Shown: positions 10,066 through 20,205 of the stretch, one piece after another
How the letters are laid out: the number at the start of each line of letters is the position of its first letter
How positions within the stretch are numbered: position 1 is the first letter of the stretch
Origin: Planctomycetota bacterium
Lineage (GTDB): Bacteria; Planctomycetota; UBA1135; UBA2386
DNA: 64,000 nt
Direction of reading: 5' to 3'
Assembly: GCA_947501605.1 (NCBI GenBank)
Contig: CANMWZ010000001.1
Span: 96,001 to 160,000 of the forward strand
The notes under the pieces: generated by a model
Database searches by the model: none
What the model was told of the DNA's origin: nothing
The model's input: only the letters and a program-made list of their open reading frames with translations
Made by a program: the position numbers and the translations under genes

Positions 10066-11088
10066 TCAGCTGCTGCGTCGACTCGCAAGTGCGGCGCCGC
10101 AGAGTTTGTAGAGCACCCGCGCACCGACATTCGCATCCCATTCCCCGGCCCCTGGCGCGACCTCGACGAGGTCGAACCCGACGACGCGGCGACCCGACGC
10201 GACGACCACCCCGAGCAGGTGCGCAAGCTCTGCGAACGACAACCCGCCGGGGACCGGAGTGCCGGTCGAAGGACACAGAGCAGGATCGAGGCCATCGATG
10301 TCGATGCTCAGCCAAACATGGTGCGGCAAGGCTGCTAGGACCTCCTGGCAGAGCGCATCAAAGGTGACGCCACAGAACTGTCGCCGCCGCCACTCTTGAT
10401 CGAAGTGCGTCACGATGCGCCCCTGGCTGCCGTGGATCGTGCGCAGTTCGTCTTCGCTGAAGTCACGGATGCCGACCTGCACGAGCCGCGCCACGCCGTT
10501 CACCTCTTCGAGCACGTTGTGGAAGATCGATGCGTGGCTCCAGCGAAAGCCCTCGTAGGCGACGCGCAAGTCGGCGTGGGCATCCACGTGCAACACACCA
10601 AGACCAGGGAAGGCCGCCGCCGCGGCTCGGATCGCGCCGAACGGCACCGAGTGATCGCCGCCGACCACGCCGACGATCTTGCCCGCGGCGAACAACTGTT
10701 GGGCGGTGCCGTGAGCGATCGCATTGACCAGCTCGCCGGCGGCATCGATGGCCCCAATCGACTCGGCGTCCTCGGGCAGGGAGCCGCCGCGGGCGACGAT
10801 CGGTGCACACAGGTCGCGCGTCTGTTCGTGCATGACCGACAGAATCGGGTCCGGTTCGAGCATGTGGATGCCAAGCTCGTAGGCCCGCCCAAACTGGTGG
10901 TCGTAGAGATCTACTTGGCGACTGGCCGCGAGGATGGCCGACGGCCCCCGCTCCGCCCCACCGCCATAGGAGACGGTTGCTGCAAAGGGCACCGGGATCA
11001 GCACGATGGCGGCCTCGTGCTCGTCATGAGGCAGACCGAAGACGCCGGAGTCAGGCGCCGCCGCGGCGCTCGGATCGAATGCAACCAT
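10066..11088 (-). CDS. speB: Agmatinase / ureohydrolase (arginase family)
   Basis: GGDHS, DAHADL, SIDIDGLDP, TGTPVPGG, DLVEV motifs. Confidence 0.85.
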   Translation of the reverse strand: MVAFDPSAAAAPDSGVFGLPHDEHEAAIVLIPVPFAATVSYGGGAERGPSAILAASRQVDLYDHQFGRAYELGIHMLEPDPILSVMHEQTRDLCAPIVARGGSLPEDAESIGAIDAAGELVNAIAHGTAQQLFAAGKIVGVVGGDHSVPFGAIRAAAAAFPGLGVLHVDAHADLRVAYEGFRWSHASIFHNVLEEVNGVARLVQVGIRDFSEDELRTIHGSQGRIVTHFDQEWRRRQFCGVTFDALCQEVLAALPHHVWLSIDIDGLDPALCPSTGTPVPGGLSFAELAHLLGVVVASGRRVVGFDLVEVAPGAGEWDANVGARVLYKLCGAALASRRSS

Positions 11089-11117
11089 GGCAGCCAACTA
11101 CCGGGCAAGCGGGACCT

Positions 11118-11164
11118 AGCCCAGAGAAAAGGCCCAGCAAAGGGGCCCAGCAAAGGGGCTCAGC
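11118..11164. repeat. Short 13-bp tandem repeat (ggcccagcaaagg)
   Basis: Two exact copies at 11131-11156 with degenerate copies on each side. Confidence 0.6.
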
Positions 11165-11389
11165 GACGGTGCGCCGTGCTCCGTCATCGCAGCCGTGTGA
11201 GTCGGCCGCGTGCCACGCAACACCAGCGCCAACCGGCTAAGGCGCACACGGGCTGCACGTGCGTGCCAGAACGGTCCACCCTGCATCCCTTCTGCGCGCA
11301 AACAGAACCGAGGGACCACCGAGGGATCGTTGTCACCTCATCGCGTGTCCCCGCATCGCATCCGCATGATGCCGAGGGCGTGCGGCGAG

Positions 11390-11560
11390 AAAAATGGCTC
11401 CCTGACTGGAGTAACTCTCTTCGGGATCGTCAGGAGGAGGGAAAGTCTGCTTCGAACCATTCCAGCCAGGGAGCCTGCTCGTCTGTGCGGGTCCATGCCA
11501 CCCGCACAGGGATCTACGATGGTCGTTCGCGAAAGTTACTCAGCCGGATGCAGCAGGGAT
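11390..11560 (-). ncRNA. Candidate structured RNA or attenuator (no family assigned)
   Basis: 15-bp inverted repeat 11396-11410/11461-11475 followed on the minus strand by ATTTTT. Perfect 10-bp hairpin at 11483-11509. Alternative 11-bp pairing 11409-11419/11531-11541. Confidence 0.35.
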
Positions 11561-11680
11561 GCAGGCCTTGCGCGAGGTCGGTTGGTGCAGCCCGTGCGAC
11601 GGGCCCTTGTGCCGCGCTCCCTGGGGCCTCAATTCGTGCTTGAGTCGTGCGCGCTAGTCTGATGCAATCCCGCGCCTTGC

Positions 11681-11757
11681 GGCAGGGTAGCTCAGTTGGT
11701 TAGAGCGGTGCCTTCATAAGGCATAGGTCGCCGGTTCAAGTCCGGCTCCTGCTACCA
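11681..11757 (+). tRNA. tRNA with CAT anticodon (elongator Met or Ile2; not initiator-like)
   Basis: Full cloverleaf GGCAGGG...GTGCC-TTCATAA-GGCAT...GGTTCAAGTCC...TCCTGCT-ACCA. No triple G-C pairs in the anticodon stem. Confidence 0.93.
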
Positions 11758-11811
11758 CATCATCCGGCATCGTCGGCAAACGATGCAGCGGCTGGCGCGT
11801 CATGGCGGCCA

Positions 11812-11853
11812 GCCGCATGGTTGCTGGCCGCAGGGTTGCTGGCGGCATGGTCG
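11812..11853. repeat. Imperfect 15-bp tandem repeat (gccgcatggttgctg)
   Basis: About 2.8 copies between the tRNA 3' end and the folE stop. Confidence 0.5.
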
Positions 11854-11893
11854 TCTCCACGGCACGGCAGGTCTTGAACCGCGGCGGCTGCGG

Positions 11894-12469
11894 TCACGTC
11901 CCGCGGGCGAGCTTCAAGAACTCCGTCCGAGTCCGTTCGTCGCTGCGGAACAGCCCCAAGAGGCAGCTCGTTACCGTGCTGGAGTTCTGCTTCTCGACGC
12001 CGCGCATCATCATGCACAGGTGGCGAGCCTCGACGATCACGCCCACACCCTTGGGCTTCAGGACATCCTGAATGGCATGCGCGATCTGCGACGTCAACCG
12101 CTCCTGCACCTGCAGGCGCCTGGCGTAGACATCGACTAGGCGCGCGAGCTTCGACAGCCCGACGATCTTCTTGTCCGGAATGTAGGCCACGTGCGCGCGG
12201 CCGAAGAATGGCGCCAGATGGTGTTCGCACATCGAGTACATCTCGATGTCCTTCACCAGCACCATTTCGTCGGACTCCGACTCGAAGATCGCCGTGCCGA
12301 TGACCGCCCTCGGGTCCTTCTTGTAGCCCTCGGTGTAGAAGCGCATCGCCTTCTCGAATCGCCGCGGCGTGTCGAGCAGGCCCTCGCGCTGAGGATCTGG
12401 ATCGATCTCGCGCAGGATCTGTGCGACCGCCTGCTGCATCGCGGATTCAGGGTTGCCTTCGCTGCTCAT
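11894..12469 (-). CDS. folE: GTP cyclohydrolase I
   Basis: [45 protein letters not shown]. Confidence 0.96.
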   Translation of the reverse strand: MSSEGNPESAMQQAVAQILREIDPDPQREGLLDTPRRFEKAMRFYTEGYKKDPRAVIGTAIFESESDEMVLVKDIEMYSMCEHHLAPFFGRAHVAYIPDKKIVGLSKLARLVDVYARRLQVQERLTSQIAHAIQDVLKPKGVGVIVEARHLCMMMRGVEKQNSSTVTSCLLGLFRSDERTRTEFLKLARGT

Positions 12470-12738
12470 GTATGCCTTGTAGCGACGAGCCGTAGAACGC
12501 TCCACGTCGGGGACTGCTTATCTTCGCTGCCGCGCGGAAGAACGCTGCCCTGCACGGACCATGCGACCCGGCGTCTACCGCAACCAAAAGGACGATGGCC
12601 CATAGGCCTTGCTCCAGCACGCCATGCACCGGCGCCAATGGGCGCGGGGCCTGCGCCGCCGTCCGGGATCACGTCCCTACCGCTCGGTTCGCGCGCAACA
12701 CCGAGGGCGTCGCACCGGCGAGCCGTTCCGCGTAGCCT

Positions 12739-13167
12739 GTGCCGACGATGTCTGCTGCGCCTCGACGATCGGCCGCTTGCCCCGCCAGAGGAGTCTGGTT
12801 CGGGCGTGCGAACATGGCAGCGTTCCTACTGTCAGCCGCAGCATTCCCTTGTGCGTGTTCCACGGTGCCGGACCGATCGTGGCCTGCATTCGACCAGCGA
12901 ATGGTGACGGCGGCCTTCGTTTGCGCCGATGGGATGCCGATCGAACTCCCCGCGTCCTCCGACCTGTTGACGGTACTGAGCCTGCAGGTCGAACCCACAA
13001 CCGCGATCGAGTTCTGGCGGGCGGGCAGACGGTTCGTGCGTCCGCCGGATGGCTGCCTGCTGTTGCGGGTCGATTGCTGCTACCGCGCCTACTCGGTGAG
13101 CGGGACCGTGCCGACTCCAGAGCAGCTCTTTCCCTCGGCCCGAGTGCAGGACAAGACGCAGCTATGA
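12739..13167 (+). CDS. Hypothetical protein, possibly a lipoprotein (start uncertain)
   Basis: Hydrophobic stretch ending ...PCAC-ST. Stop overlaps the next ATG (ATGA). Confidence 0.5.
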   Translation: MPTMSAAPRRSAACPARGVWFGRANMAAFLLSAAAFPCACSTVPDRSWPAFDQRMVTAAFVCADGMPIELPASSDLLTVLSLQVEPTTAIEFWRAGRRFVRPPDGCLLLRVDCCYRAYSVSGTVPTPEQLFPSARVQDKTQL

Positions 13168-14087
13168 CAGCTTCCGAGCCGCGCCCCGAGCCGCTGCTGC
13201 TGATCGACCCGACGACGCAGCGACCAATCCTGATGGCGGAGATCCGCCAGAGCCGACCGTTTCTGACGGGGCCGCGCAGCATGAAGGCCATCTGCCCGTT
13301 CTGCCCCGGCCACGAGTCCGAGACGCCACCGGCGATCGACGGCTGGCCCGAACAGCCAAGAGCTGGGCGCTTCGACGCCAGCGACTGGGATGTGCGCGTC
13401 TTTCCCAACAAGTATCCGGCGTGTCGCCACCACGAGGTCATCGCCGAAGGCAGCCTTCACCAAGAGCAGGCCGGCGACCTCGACGAGCGTACGTGGCAGC
13501 GCGTCGTTGCGGTGTGGCAGCGTCGGATCCGAGCCATCGAGTCACAGCCTGGTGTCGGGTGTGCGTTCTTGTTCAAGAACGTCGGCGCGGCTGCGGGTGC
13601 ATCGATCGCACATAGTCACAGCCAGCTGCTCGGGCTCGCCGAGCCGCCGCCGCGTCTGCGGCTCGAGCAACTCTGTGCCAGCGAACTCCCGGCCTGTCCT
13701 TGGTGCACGACTGCGGCAAGTGCCAGCAGAGAAGGCCGCATGGTGGTCGAAACCGATCACCACGTCGTGCTGGCGCCCGAACCGCCCAAGTTGCCAAACG
13801 AGACCTGGGTTCTTCCCAAGCGCTGCGACGACGACTTCCTGACGACCGATGCCGCGTCCCTTGGCCGCGCGTTGCACCAGTTGTTCATCGCCGTGCGCGA
13901 CGCGCTGTCGCGACCGGCGTGGAACCTGTGGCTTCACCGTTTGCCGGGCGCTCGCTTTCACTGGCACTTCGAACTCCAACCGCGCACCGGTCAACTGGCA
14001 GGACTCGAGCTCGGCGGCGATATGTACATCAACTCCCATCCAGCGGCTGCATCCGCGGCGCGGCTGCGCCAGCACATCCCGCAATGA
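13164..14087 (+). CDS. galT: Galactose-1-phosphate uridylyltransferase-like protein (GalT/HIT superfamily)
   Basis: CPFCPGHE, VRVFPNKYP, KNVGAAAGASIAHSHSQ, FHWHFE, AGLELG. Confidence 0.82.
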   Translation: MTASEPRPEPLLLIDPTTQRPILMAEIRQSRPFLTGPRSMKAICPFCPGHESETPPAIDGWPEQPRAGRFDASDWDVRVFPNKYPACRHHEVIAEGSLHQEQAGDLDERTWQRVVAVWQRRIRAIESQPGVGCAFLFKNVGAAAGASIAHSHSQLLGLAEPPPRLRLEQLCASELPACPWCTTAASASREGRMVVETDHHVVLAPEPPKLPNETWVLPKRCDDDFLTTDAASLGRALHQLFIAVRDALSRPAWNLWLHRLPGARFHWHFELQPRTGQLAGLELGGDMYINSHPAAASAARLRQHIPQ

Positions 14088-14896
14088 CCCCGACGCTGAC
14101 ACCTACGCAAGTCGAGGCCTTTCGCCGCGACGGTTGGGTCCGCGTGCAGGGCCTCGTCTCGCCGGCCGAAGTGGAGGCCCTGCGCGAAACGTACATGCGG
14201 CTGCTCCGTCGCGAGATCCCGGTCGAAGGCCGCGACTACTGCGACATGACCGGCACCTACCAGAAGGCCCTCCTGGACTACGAGATCCTCAACGTCATGC
14301 TGCCGCGCCGCTACCACCCGGCATGGCAAGGCAACGTCTACGAGCAGCGGGCAAGGGTGCTGGCACAGCAGCTGATGGGCACCGACATCGAACTCGACTA
14401 CGACCAACTGGTCGCGAAGCCGCCGAACAAGAGTGAGGCCGTGTTCCACTGGCACCAGGACCTCGCCTACTGGCCCGCAACCAGCGACACCAGCACAGCG
14501 ACGTTCTGGCTCGCTCTCGATGTCGTCACTGCCGACAGCGGTGCGCTGCACTTCGCCCGCGGTTCGCACCGCGAACGCTTCTTGCGCCCGCATCGGCCAC
14601 TGTTCGCGGACCGCGGCGACAACCACTCGCTGCTGGCGCGAATTGACGAGGCCAAGGACGTGATCGATCCAGCCGAGTTGCAACCTGGCGACTGCACGAT
14701 CCACCACGAGCGCACCATGCACGGCTCTCCAGGAAATCGCAGCGATCGCTGGCGCCGCGGCTATGTGCTCGCGTTTCGCAGCAGGTCGGCGATCGCAGAA
14801 GAGCGTGCCATGGGCTTCACCCACTCGCACAACGACGATCCGACACTGCTGGCAAAGATCGCCGAACGCACTCGAACGACTGGCGCGACGCACTGA
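14084..14896 (+). CDS. Phytanoyl-CoA dioxygenase family (Fe/2-oxoglutarate) protein
   Basis: FRRDGW, WHQDLAYW, WLALD, HGSPGNRSDRWRR. Confidence 0.88.
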   Translation: MTPTLTPTQVEAFRRDGWVRVQGLVSPAEVEALRETYMRLLRREIPVEGRDYCDMTGTYQKALLDYEILNVMLPRRYHPAWQGNVYEQRARVLAQQLMGTDIELDYDQLVAKPPNKSEAVFHWHQDLAYWPATSDTSTATFWLALDVVTADSGALHFARGSHRERFLRPHRPLFADRGDNHSLLARIDEAKDVIDPAELQPGDCTIHHERTMHGSPGNRSDRWRRGYVLAFRSRSAIAEERAMGFTHSHNDDPTLLAKIAERTRTTGATH

Positions 14897-14918
14897 GGCA
14901 ACTGGTAGGAAGCGCCCA

Positions 14919-15770
14919 TTGGACACCAACGAAGAGGCACGGGCCCTGCCCGGCGCACGACCACTCCAGCGCCTGCTGCGCGCCCTCCCACGGGCATTGC
15001 TATGGGCCGTGGCCTGCTGGCCCGTTGTCATCCTCGGGGTCGGCATGTCCCGGCCGCTCGAGGCGGTAGCCCTGCACCAGAGCACGATGCAGACACTGGG
15101 CGTCGCACTCCGCTGGGGCGCGATCGTGGTGCTGGCCCTCGCCGTACTCGTCCCGCCGTTTCCGGCCGGCATCCGCGTCCTGTTGGCGCGCTTGGTCGCG
15201 CGGTTGCGCGCGGACCGCGGCCCGTTCCTGCACGCCATCGGCGAGCTCCGTCATCTCGAAACTGCGGCGCGCCAGCTCGAGGCCGGCCGTGCGGCTCTCG
15301 GGGCGATGGACGCACGAGCAGCGATCCCTCACCTCGTGCGCGCACTTGCGCTCGACCCGGAATTGATCGCGGCGCGCTATCAACTCGGCCTTGCGCTGCT
15401 CGACCGCGGCGCTCTGCGGGAAGCGGCCGGGGCACTTCATCACGTCGTCGACCGCGATCCGACACACGCCTTTGGCGGTGCCTTGCTGTGGCTTGCGCGT
15501 TGCCACCAACTCGGCGGCAATCCACACGAGGCGATGGCCCTGTTTGGGCGCCATGAACGCGAGCATGGCGGCAATCGACGCAGCCACTACTGGCTCGCCC
15601 AGTCGCGAGCCGCTTGCGCGGACCGAGCCGGAGCGCACGCCGCCTTCGCAATCGCCGCAGCGCCCAGAGGCAAGCAACGGCTCAGCGCCGAAGAAGGTTG
15701 GTACCGGGCCCTTGCTCGCGTGGCGCTGTGGCGGTTTCCCGCCGCAACCACGAGGGGCGCCGCGCGATGA
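14919..15770 (+). CDS. Membrane-anchored TPR protein
   Basis: Two N-terminal TM segments, then TPR-like helices (ALALDPELIAARYQLGLAL). TTG start after AGGAAG. Confidence 0.7.
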   Translation: MDTNEEARALPGARPLQRLLRALPRALLWAVACWPVVILGVGMSRPLEAVALHQSTMQTLGVALRWGAIVVLALAVLVPPFPAGIRVLLARLVARLRADRGPFLHAIGELRHLETAARQLEAGRAALGAMDARAAIPHLVRALALDPELIAARYQLGLALLDRGALREAAGALHHVVDRDPTHAFGGALLWLARCHQLGGNPHEAMALFGRHEREHGGNRRSHYWLAQSRAACADRAGAHAAFAIAAAPRGKQRLSAEEGWYRALARVALWRFPAATTRGAAR

Positions 15771-16615
15771 ACGAACTACTTCGACGCCTCGATGCGATCC
15801 CGGTCACGGCTCTCGTGGCCTTGGCCTACGTGTCGCTCGCCTTCCTCACCGATCCGTTCGAGCCAGCGACCGAGCAACTGATCGCATTCGGCGCCGCACG
15901 CGGTGTCGAGGTCGGCAACGGCGAGGGCTGGCGCTTGATCTCGTACGCATTCCTGCACGGCGGCACGCTGCATCTGCTGTTCAACACCTGGGCCCTGGTC
16001 TCGATCGGACCAGCGCTCGAGCGCGCGATCGGCAGCAAGTCCTTCGCCGCGATCTACCTCGCCGGTGCGGTCGGCGGCGGCGTTGTTGCCGGGCTATGGA
16101 ACTCGCCACTCGTACCGCTCGTCGGCGGCTCCGGCGCCCTGTTCGGAATGCTGGGCGCGATGCTCGCCTTGACGTGGAAGTTCGGCGGTCACGGCGGAGG
16201 CGGAATCCGGTCCCAGAACGGTCGCCAGCTGCTGTCGATGATCGCGATCAATCTGCTGATCGGATTCGTCGTGCCGATGGTCAGCAACGCCGCCCACATC
16301 GGCGGCCTGCTCGCCGGCTTCGTGGCCGCGTGGCTCGGAGTGAGGGATGCGCGTGCCGAGCGACGCCGCCTGGCACCGGCCATGCTGGCCGCCCTGGTCT
16401 TCGCTGCCGGCCTGCTGCTGCTCACGCTGCACCCAGTGCACCGCTGGGACTACCACATCCTTGCCTGGAACCGGGCCAAGACCGCGGCGGAACGCGAGGT
16501 CCATCGCCGCGCGTTCGGCCTCGCAATCGCCGACAACGAAGACATCGTGCGCGACGACGACGGCATGCAGCGCGAGTTCGACGCGCTGCAGAAGTCCCTG
16601 GCCTTCGATCGCTGA
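15767..16615 (+). CDS. Rhomboid family intramembrane serine protease
   Basis: GEGWRL, FLHGG..HLLFN, VGGSGA, AHIGGLLAG. Confidence 0.92.
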   Translation: MNELLRRLDAIPVTALVALAYVSLAFLTDPFEPATEQLIAFGAARGVEVGNGEGWRLISYAFLHGGTLHLLFNTWALVSIGPALERAIGSKSFAAIYLAGAVGGGVVAGLWNSPLVPLVGGSGALFGMLGAMLALTWKFGGHGGGGIRSQNGRQLLSMIAINLLIGFVVPMVSNAAHIGGLLAGFVAAWLGVRDARAERRRLAPAMLAALVFAAGLLLLTLHPVHRWDYHILAWNRAKTAAEREVHRRAFGLAIADNEDIVRDDDGMQREFDALQKSLAFDR

Positions 16616-16619
16616 CCTT

Positions 16620-18179
16620 TCAACGATCGGCCGCCGCGCGCAACCGACGGACGCAGGCTTCCTTGCCGAGCAAGAACAGCACGTCGAACAGGCCCGGCCC
16701 CTTGTCCGTGCCGGTCAAGGCGGCGCGCACGGGGTGCACGAAGTTGCCGAACTTGACGCCAATGCGCTCCGTGAACGCACGACACTCCTGTTCGATTTGT
16801 TGGGGGGTCGAGAACGCGCACACGGGCACCGGCCCGTCCTTCTTGGTCGGCAGTGGAACCGCGCCATCGGCGGCAGTGCGGTCAGCCGGCCAACTCGGCG
16901 GCAGACTGCTCGCGGCGAGCACGTCGGCGTAGCCGCGCAACCAGTCCTTGGCAGCGGGCTCCTTGGTGAGGTTCTTCTGCGCCGCCTCATCGAACTCCGG
17001 CAGTTCGGCGAATAGCCACGACAGCTTGCCGGCGAACTCCGAGAGGATGGCGACTCGTTCTTGGTAGCAGGCCACGATGTTGGCAAGCCACGCCCGATGC
17101 GTCGCCCACGCCGTCTCTGGCACGACACCAGCGAGCCACGGCCGCGCGCGGTCAAGGCACGTAGGAGCCGACAGGCGCCTCACGTATTCGCCACCCATCC
17201 ACTTGAGCTTCTCGTCGTCAAACTTCGAACCGGCCTTGCCGATGTTCTCGAGCTTGAACACCGCGATCATCTCTTCGCGCGTGAACAGGTCACGATCCCC
17301 CGAGAAGCCCCAGCCGAGCAGCGCGATGTAGTTGAACACCGCTTCGGGGAGGAAGCCCTTGTCGCGGTAGTCCAGCATGTTGGTGTCCGCGTCGCGCTTG
17401 CTGAGCTTCTTGCCCTCCTTGTTGAGGATCAGCGGAATGTGCGCGTACTTCGGGCATTCGGCGTCCAGCGCCTCGAACAGCAGTCGCTGCTTGATGCCGT
17501 TCAAGAAGTGCTCTTCGCCTCGGACGACATGCGTGATCTTCATGCCAATGTCGTCGATGACACAGGCGAAGTTGTAGAGAGGCACGCCGTCGGGTCGCAA
17601 CATCACCCAGTCGTCGAGCTCCTTGGTATTGACCTCGACGTCGCCGCGGATCATGTCGTGCACATTCAGCACACGCGCCTCGGGCATCTTGAAGCGGAGG
17701 TTCGGTTGCCGCCCTTGCGCGAGGAACGCATCACGCTGCGCCTTCTCCAGATTGCGGCAGCGCCCGTTGTAGCCAAAGAACCCGGTCTTCTCGGCCTTCA
17801 TCACCTCGCGCCCCGCCTCGATCTCGTCGGGCGTGCAGTAGCACCAGTAGGCGTGACCCGATGCCAGCAGCCGATCGCCCGCGTGCTTGTAGAGCTGCAA
17901 GCGCTGCATCTGGAAGTAGGGGCCGAAGTCCCCGCCCTTCTCTGGACCTTCGTCCCAGTCGATGCCGAGCCACCGCAGACCCAAGAGGATGATCTGCAGC
18001 GACGCGTCCGTCGAACGCGCCTGGTCGGTGTCCTCGATGCGGAGCAAGAACGTGCCACCCATCGCGCGCGCCGCAGCCCAGTTGTACATCGCCGTGCGTG
18101 CACCCCCGAGATGCAGCGGACCGGTGGGCGAGGGCGCGAAGCGCAGACGCGGAGTTGGATGGATCATCCGCTCCACCAT
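16620..18179 (-). CDS. gltX: Glutamate--tRNA ligase
   Basis: RFAPSPTGPLHLGG, LRIEDTD, RGEEH, KKLSKRD. Confidence 0.96.
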   Translation of the reverse strand: MVERMIHPTPRLRFAPSPTGPLHLGGARTAMYNWAAARAMGGTFLLRIEDTDQARSTDASLQIILLGLRWLGIDWDEGPEKGGDFGPYFQMQRLQLYKHAGDRLLASGHAYWCYCTPDEIEAGREVMKAEKTGFFGYNGRCRNLEKAQRDAFLAQGRQPNLRFKMPEARVLNVHDMIRGDVEVNTKELDDWVMLRPDGVPLYNFACVIDDIGMKITHVVRGEEHFLNGIKQRLLFEALDAECPKYAHIPLILNKEGKKLSKRDADTNMLDYRDKGFLPEAVFNYIALLGWGFSGDRDLFTREEMIAVFKLENIGKAGSKFDDEKLKWMGGEYVRRLSAPTCLDRARPWLAGVVPETAWATHRAWLANIVACYQERVAILSEFAGKLSWLFAELPEFDEAAQKNLTKEPAAKDWLRGYADVLAASSLPPSWPADRTAADGAVPLPTKKDGPVPVCAFSTPQQIEQECRAFTERIGVKFGNFVHPVRAALTGTDKGPGLFDVLFLLGKEACVRRLRAAADR

Positions 18180-18212
18180 CGCGTCTGTGGCCGCGTTTTT
18201 GAAGCACGAGGT

Positions 18213-18380
18213 CTAGCAGCCTGTTGAAGAACGCATCCTGCCTGCAGGCGCGGTAGCTGGTCCGATCTCGGCGTCGCACGAACTGCGTCGAATCGGCAGT
18301 TTCGACTCCGTTCGCGCTCCTTGATCGGAATCCAGTTCCCGAGCCCTCGGCGACGGCGCCGTTGTTCCACAGGCGGCTAG
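18213..18380. mobile_element. 168-bp MITE-like element with terminal inverted repeats and CTAG at both ends
   Basis: Left end CTAGCAGCCTGTTGAAGAAC; reverse complement of the right end CTAGCCGCCTGTGGAACAAC (17/20 match). No transposase. Confidence 0.65.
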
Positions 18381-19042
18381 GGGACGAAGTCGATCAACTC
18401 GACATGCCAGCGTCGGTCACGAGGCGGGCCCGACGGGCCGTCGTCGTCGCGGAGCACCGACAGGCTGCCAAGCCGAACCCGGAGGTCCTTGCGCGGGTCT
18501 TCGTGCGTCGCCGGAACGCCGAGCAGCGTACGCAGCGAATGACGCACCGTGCCGCGATGCGCGACGACCACGAGATCGCCACTCGCGTGACGGTCGCAGA
18601 GCTCGTGGATCGCCGCCGCCACGCGTGCGCCAAACAGTCGCCGGCTTTCGCCGCCAGGGAACGCATCGGCCTCGCCGCGCTGGTGTTGGGCCCAGAACTC
18701 CGGATGGGCGACCGCGATCTCCTCGGCAGTCAGACCCTCGCACAGCCCAAAGCTGATCTCGCGCAGGCGCTCATCAACAGCGACCCTTGCTCGGTCCCAG
18801 CCATGCGCTTTCACGAGCACGTGCGCCGACTCGGCTGCCCGCTGGAGCGGCGAATGCACGACCCGCACCGTCGGCAGTCCCGAAAACAGCGGGATCAGCG
18901 CGCGGATCTGGGCGCGGCCAAGATCCGACAGCAACACGTCGTTGTGGCCGTGGAACCGGATCGAGGACTGCCCCTCGGTCTCCCCGTGCCGCACCAGCCA
19001 AATGCGGCGCGGCTCGGTCACCCCACGCACTCGGGGACTCAC
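18377..19042 (-). CDS. Histidine phosphatase (phosphoglycerate mutase) family protein
   Basis: LVRHGET, SPLQRA, LREISFG, PGGES, VVAHRG. GTG start overlaps the upstream stop. Confidence 0.9.
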   Translation of the reverse strand: MSPRVRGVTEPRRIWLVRHGETEGQSSIRFHGHNDVLLSDLGRAQIRALIPLFSGLPTVRVVHSPLQRAAESAHVLVKAHGWDRARVAVDERLREISFGLCEGLTAEEIAVAHPEFWAQHQRGEADAFPGGESRRLFGARVAAAIHELCDRHASGDLVVVAHRGTVRHSLRTLLGVPATHEDPRKDLRVRLGSLSVLRDDDGPSGPPRDRRWHVELIDFVP

Positions 19043-19884
19043 TTCAACAGCAGCACGACAATGGTCGCCAACGTGCCCAGCACGGCGATGCCGAGCCCGA
19101 CCAGCACGGCCTTGTTCCAACCGGCATGCTCCTCGATCACGCGCGCCAGCCGATTCGACTGATCTTCGCTGGATCGTCGCAACGAGTGCATCGCCTCCTC
19201 GGTGGTCGCGCGCAGTTCCTTGGCGGTGCCGCGCTGCGTTTCTTCGATGCCAGCTTTCAGTTCGAGCAGCCCATCCTCGCGCCGGTCGACGAGCGCTTGC
19301 GCAGCCTTGGCCTGGCTTTCGCTGTGCGACACCATGGCGCCCATCGACGACTGCACTCGATCCATCGTGGTCTGGAACTCACGGATCGTGGCGACCGTTC
19401 GCTCGTCGCTCTGGGCCGCGCGTTCGAGGGCCAACTCGACGCTCTGCAGCAACGGCGGCAGCGACTGCAGGGTAGTTGCGATCTGCTCGCCGAGCTCGTT
19501 CTGCTTCTCCAACTGCGTGCCCATGGACCGCAACAGTTCGAGCTGCTGGTTCGACAACCCGGGCAACTGCTGCAAGGTCGACGTCGAGTCGACGATACGG
19601 CCAAGTTGCGAGTCCATGCGCGAGTGCATGGAGCGCAGCGCCGAGGTCAGTTCTTGGAAGTGGTTGCCCATCGCCACCAAACCCTCCTCCCGCTCCGTGA
19701 GTTTGCGCGTGGTCCGCGCCTCACCAACAGGAGCACTGCTCGGCATCTGGACGACCGACTCGACGCGCGCGCCTTCGGCCCGCGATCCTGCCGCACCACC
19801 GCGTGAGCCGCTCTCGACCTTGACCGCGCCGCTCGTACGCCACCGCTCCGCGAGACGTCCGAAGATCGAACCCTTCTTGACCAT
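19039..19884 (-). CDS. Hypothetical coiled-coil protein with C-terminal TM anchor
   Basis: Long helical Q/E/L-rich region ending in a hydrophobic tail (AVLVGLGIAVLGTLATIVVLLLK). Confidence 0.75.
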   Translation of the reverse strand: MVKKGSIFGRLAERWRTSGAVKVESGSRGGAAGSRAEGARVESVVQMPSSAPVGEARTTRKLTEREEGLVAMGNHFQELTSALRSMHSRMDSQLGRIVDSTSTLQQLPGLSNQQLELLRSMGTQLEKQNELGEQIATTLQSLPPLLQSVELALERAAQSDERTVATIREFQTTMDRVQSSMGAMVSHSESQAKAAQALVDRREDGLLELKAGIEETQRGTAKELRATTEEAMHSLRRSSEDQSNRLARVIEEHAGWNKAVLVGLGIAVLGTLATIVVLLLK

Positions 19885-20205
19885 GATCCACCTCAGGCTG
19901 GCGTGACCAGGTCGCCAGCAACCGTAGTTTCGGCGCACCGGAGCCCGCGTCGCGCCAGCTACGCCAGCAACTGCGACACGAACGGACCGCCCGATGAGCA
20001 GGACAGCACCCTAACGCGACGGCACGTGCCCGCAAGCCAGGGGACGGGGAATGTCGCTCGTAACTCGGTACGCGCTCTTGAAAGCGAGTCGCCGGCCGCT
20101 ACGGTCTCCGTCCCCTTCCGGAGCCTTGCCGCCCTGTGCGGCAAAGCTCACTGTCGGGCTGCCGGTGCCCCTTCTACCGACCGGCAGCACAGATGGTTGG
20201 CGGCT

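Noticed and set aside
11089..11400. Guanidine riboswitch upstream of agmatinase
   Set aside because: No ykkC-type conserved tail or paired ACGR-loop hairpins recognised; only a short 13-bp tandem repeat.
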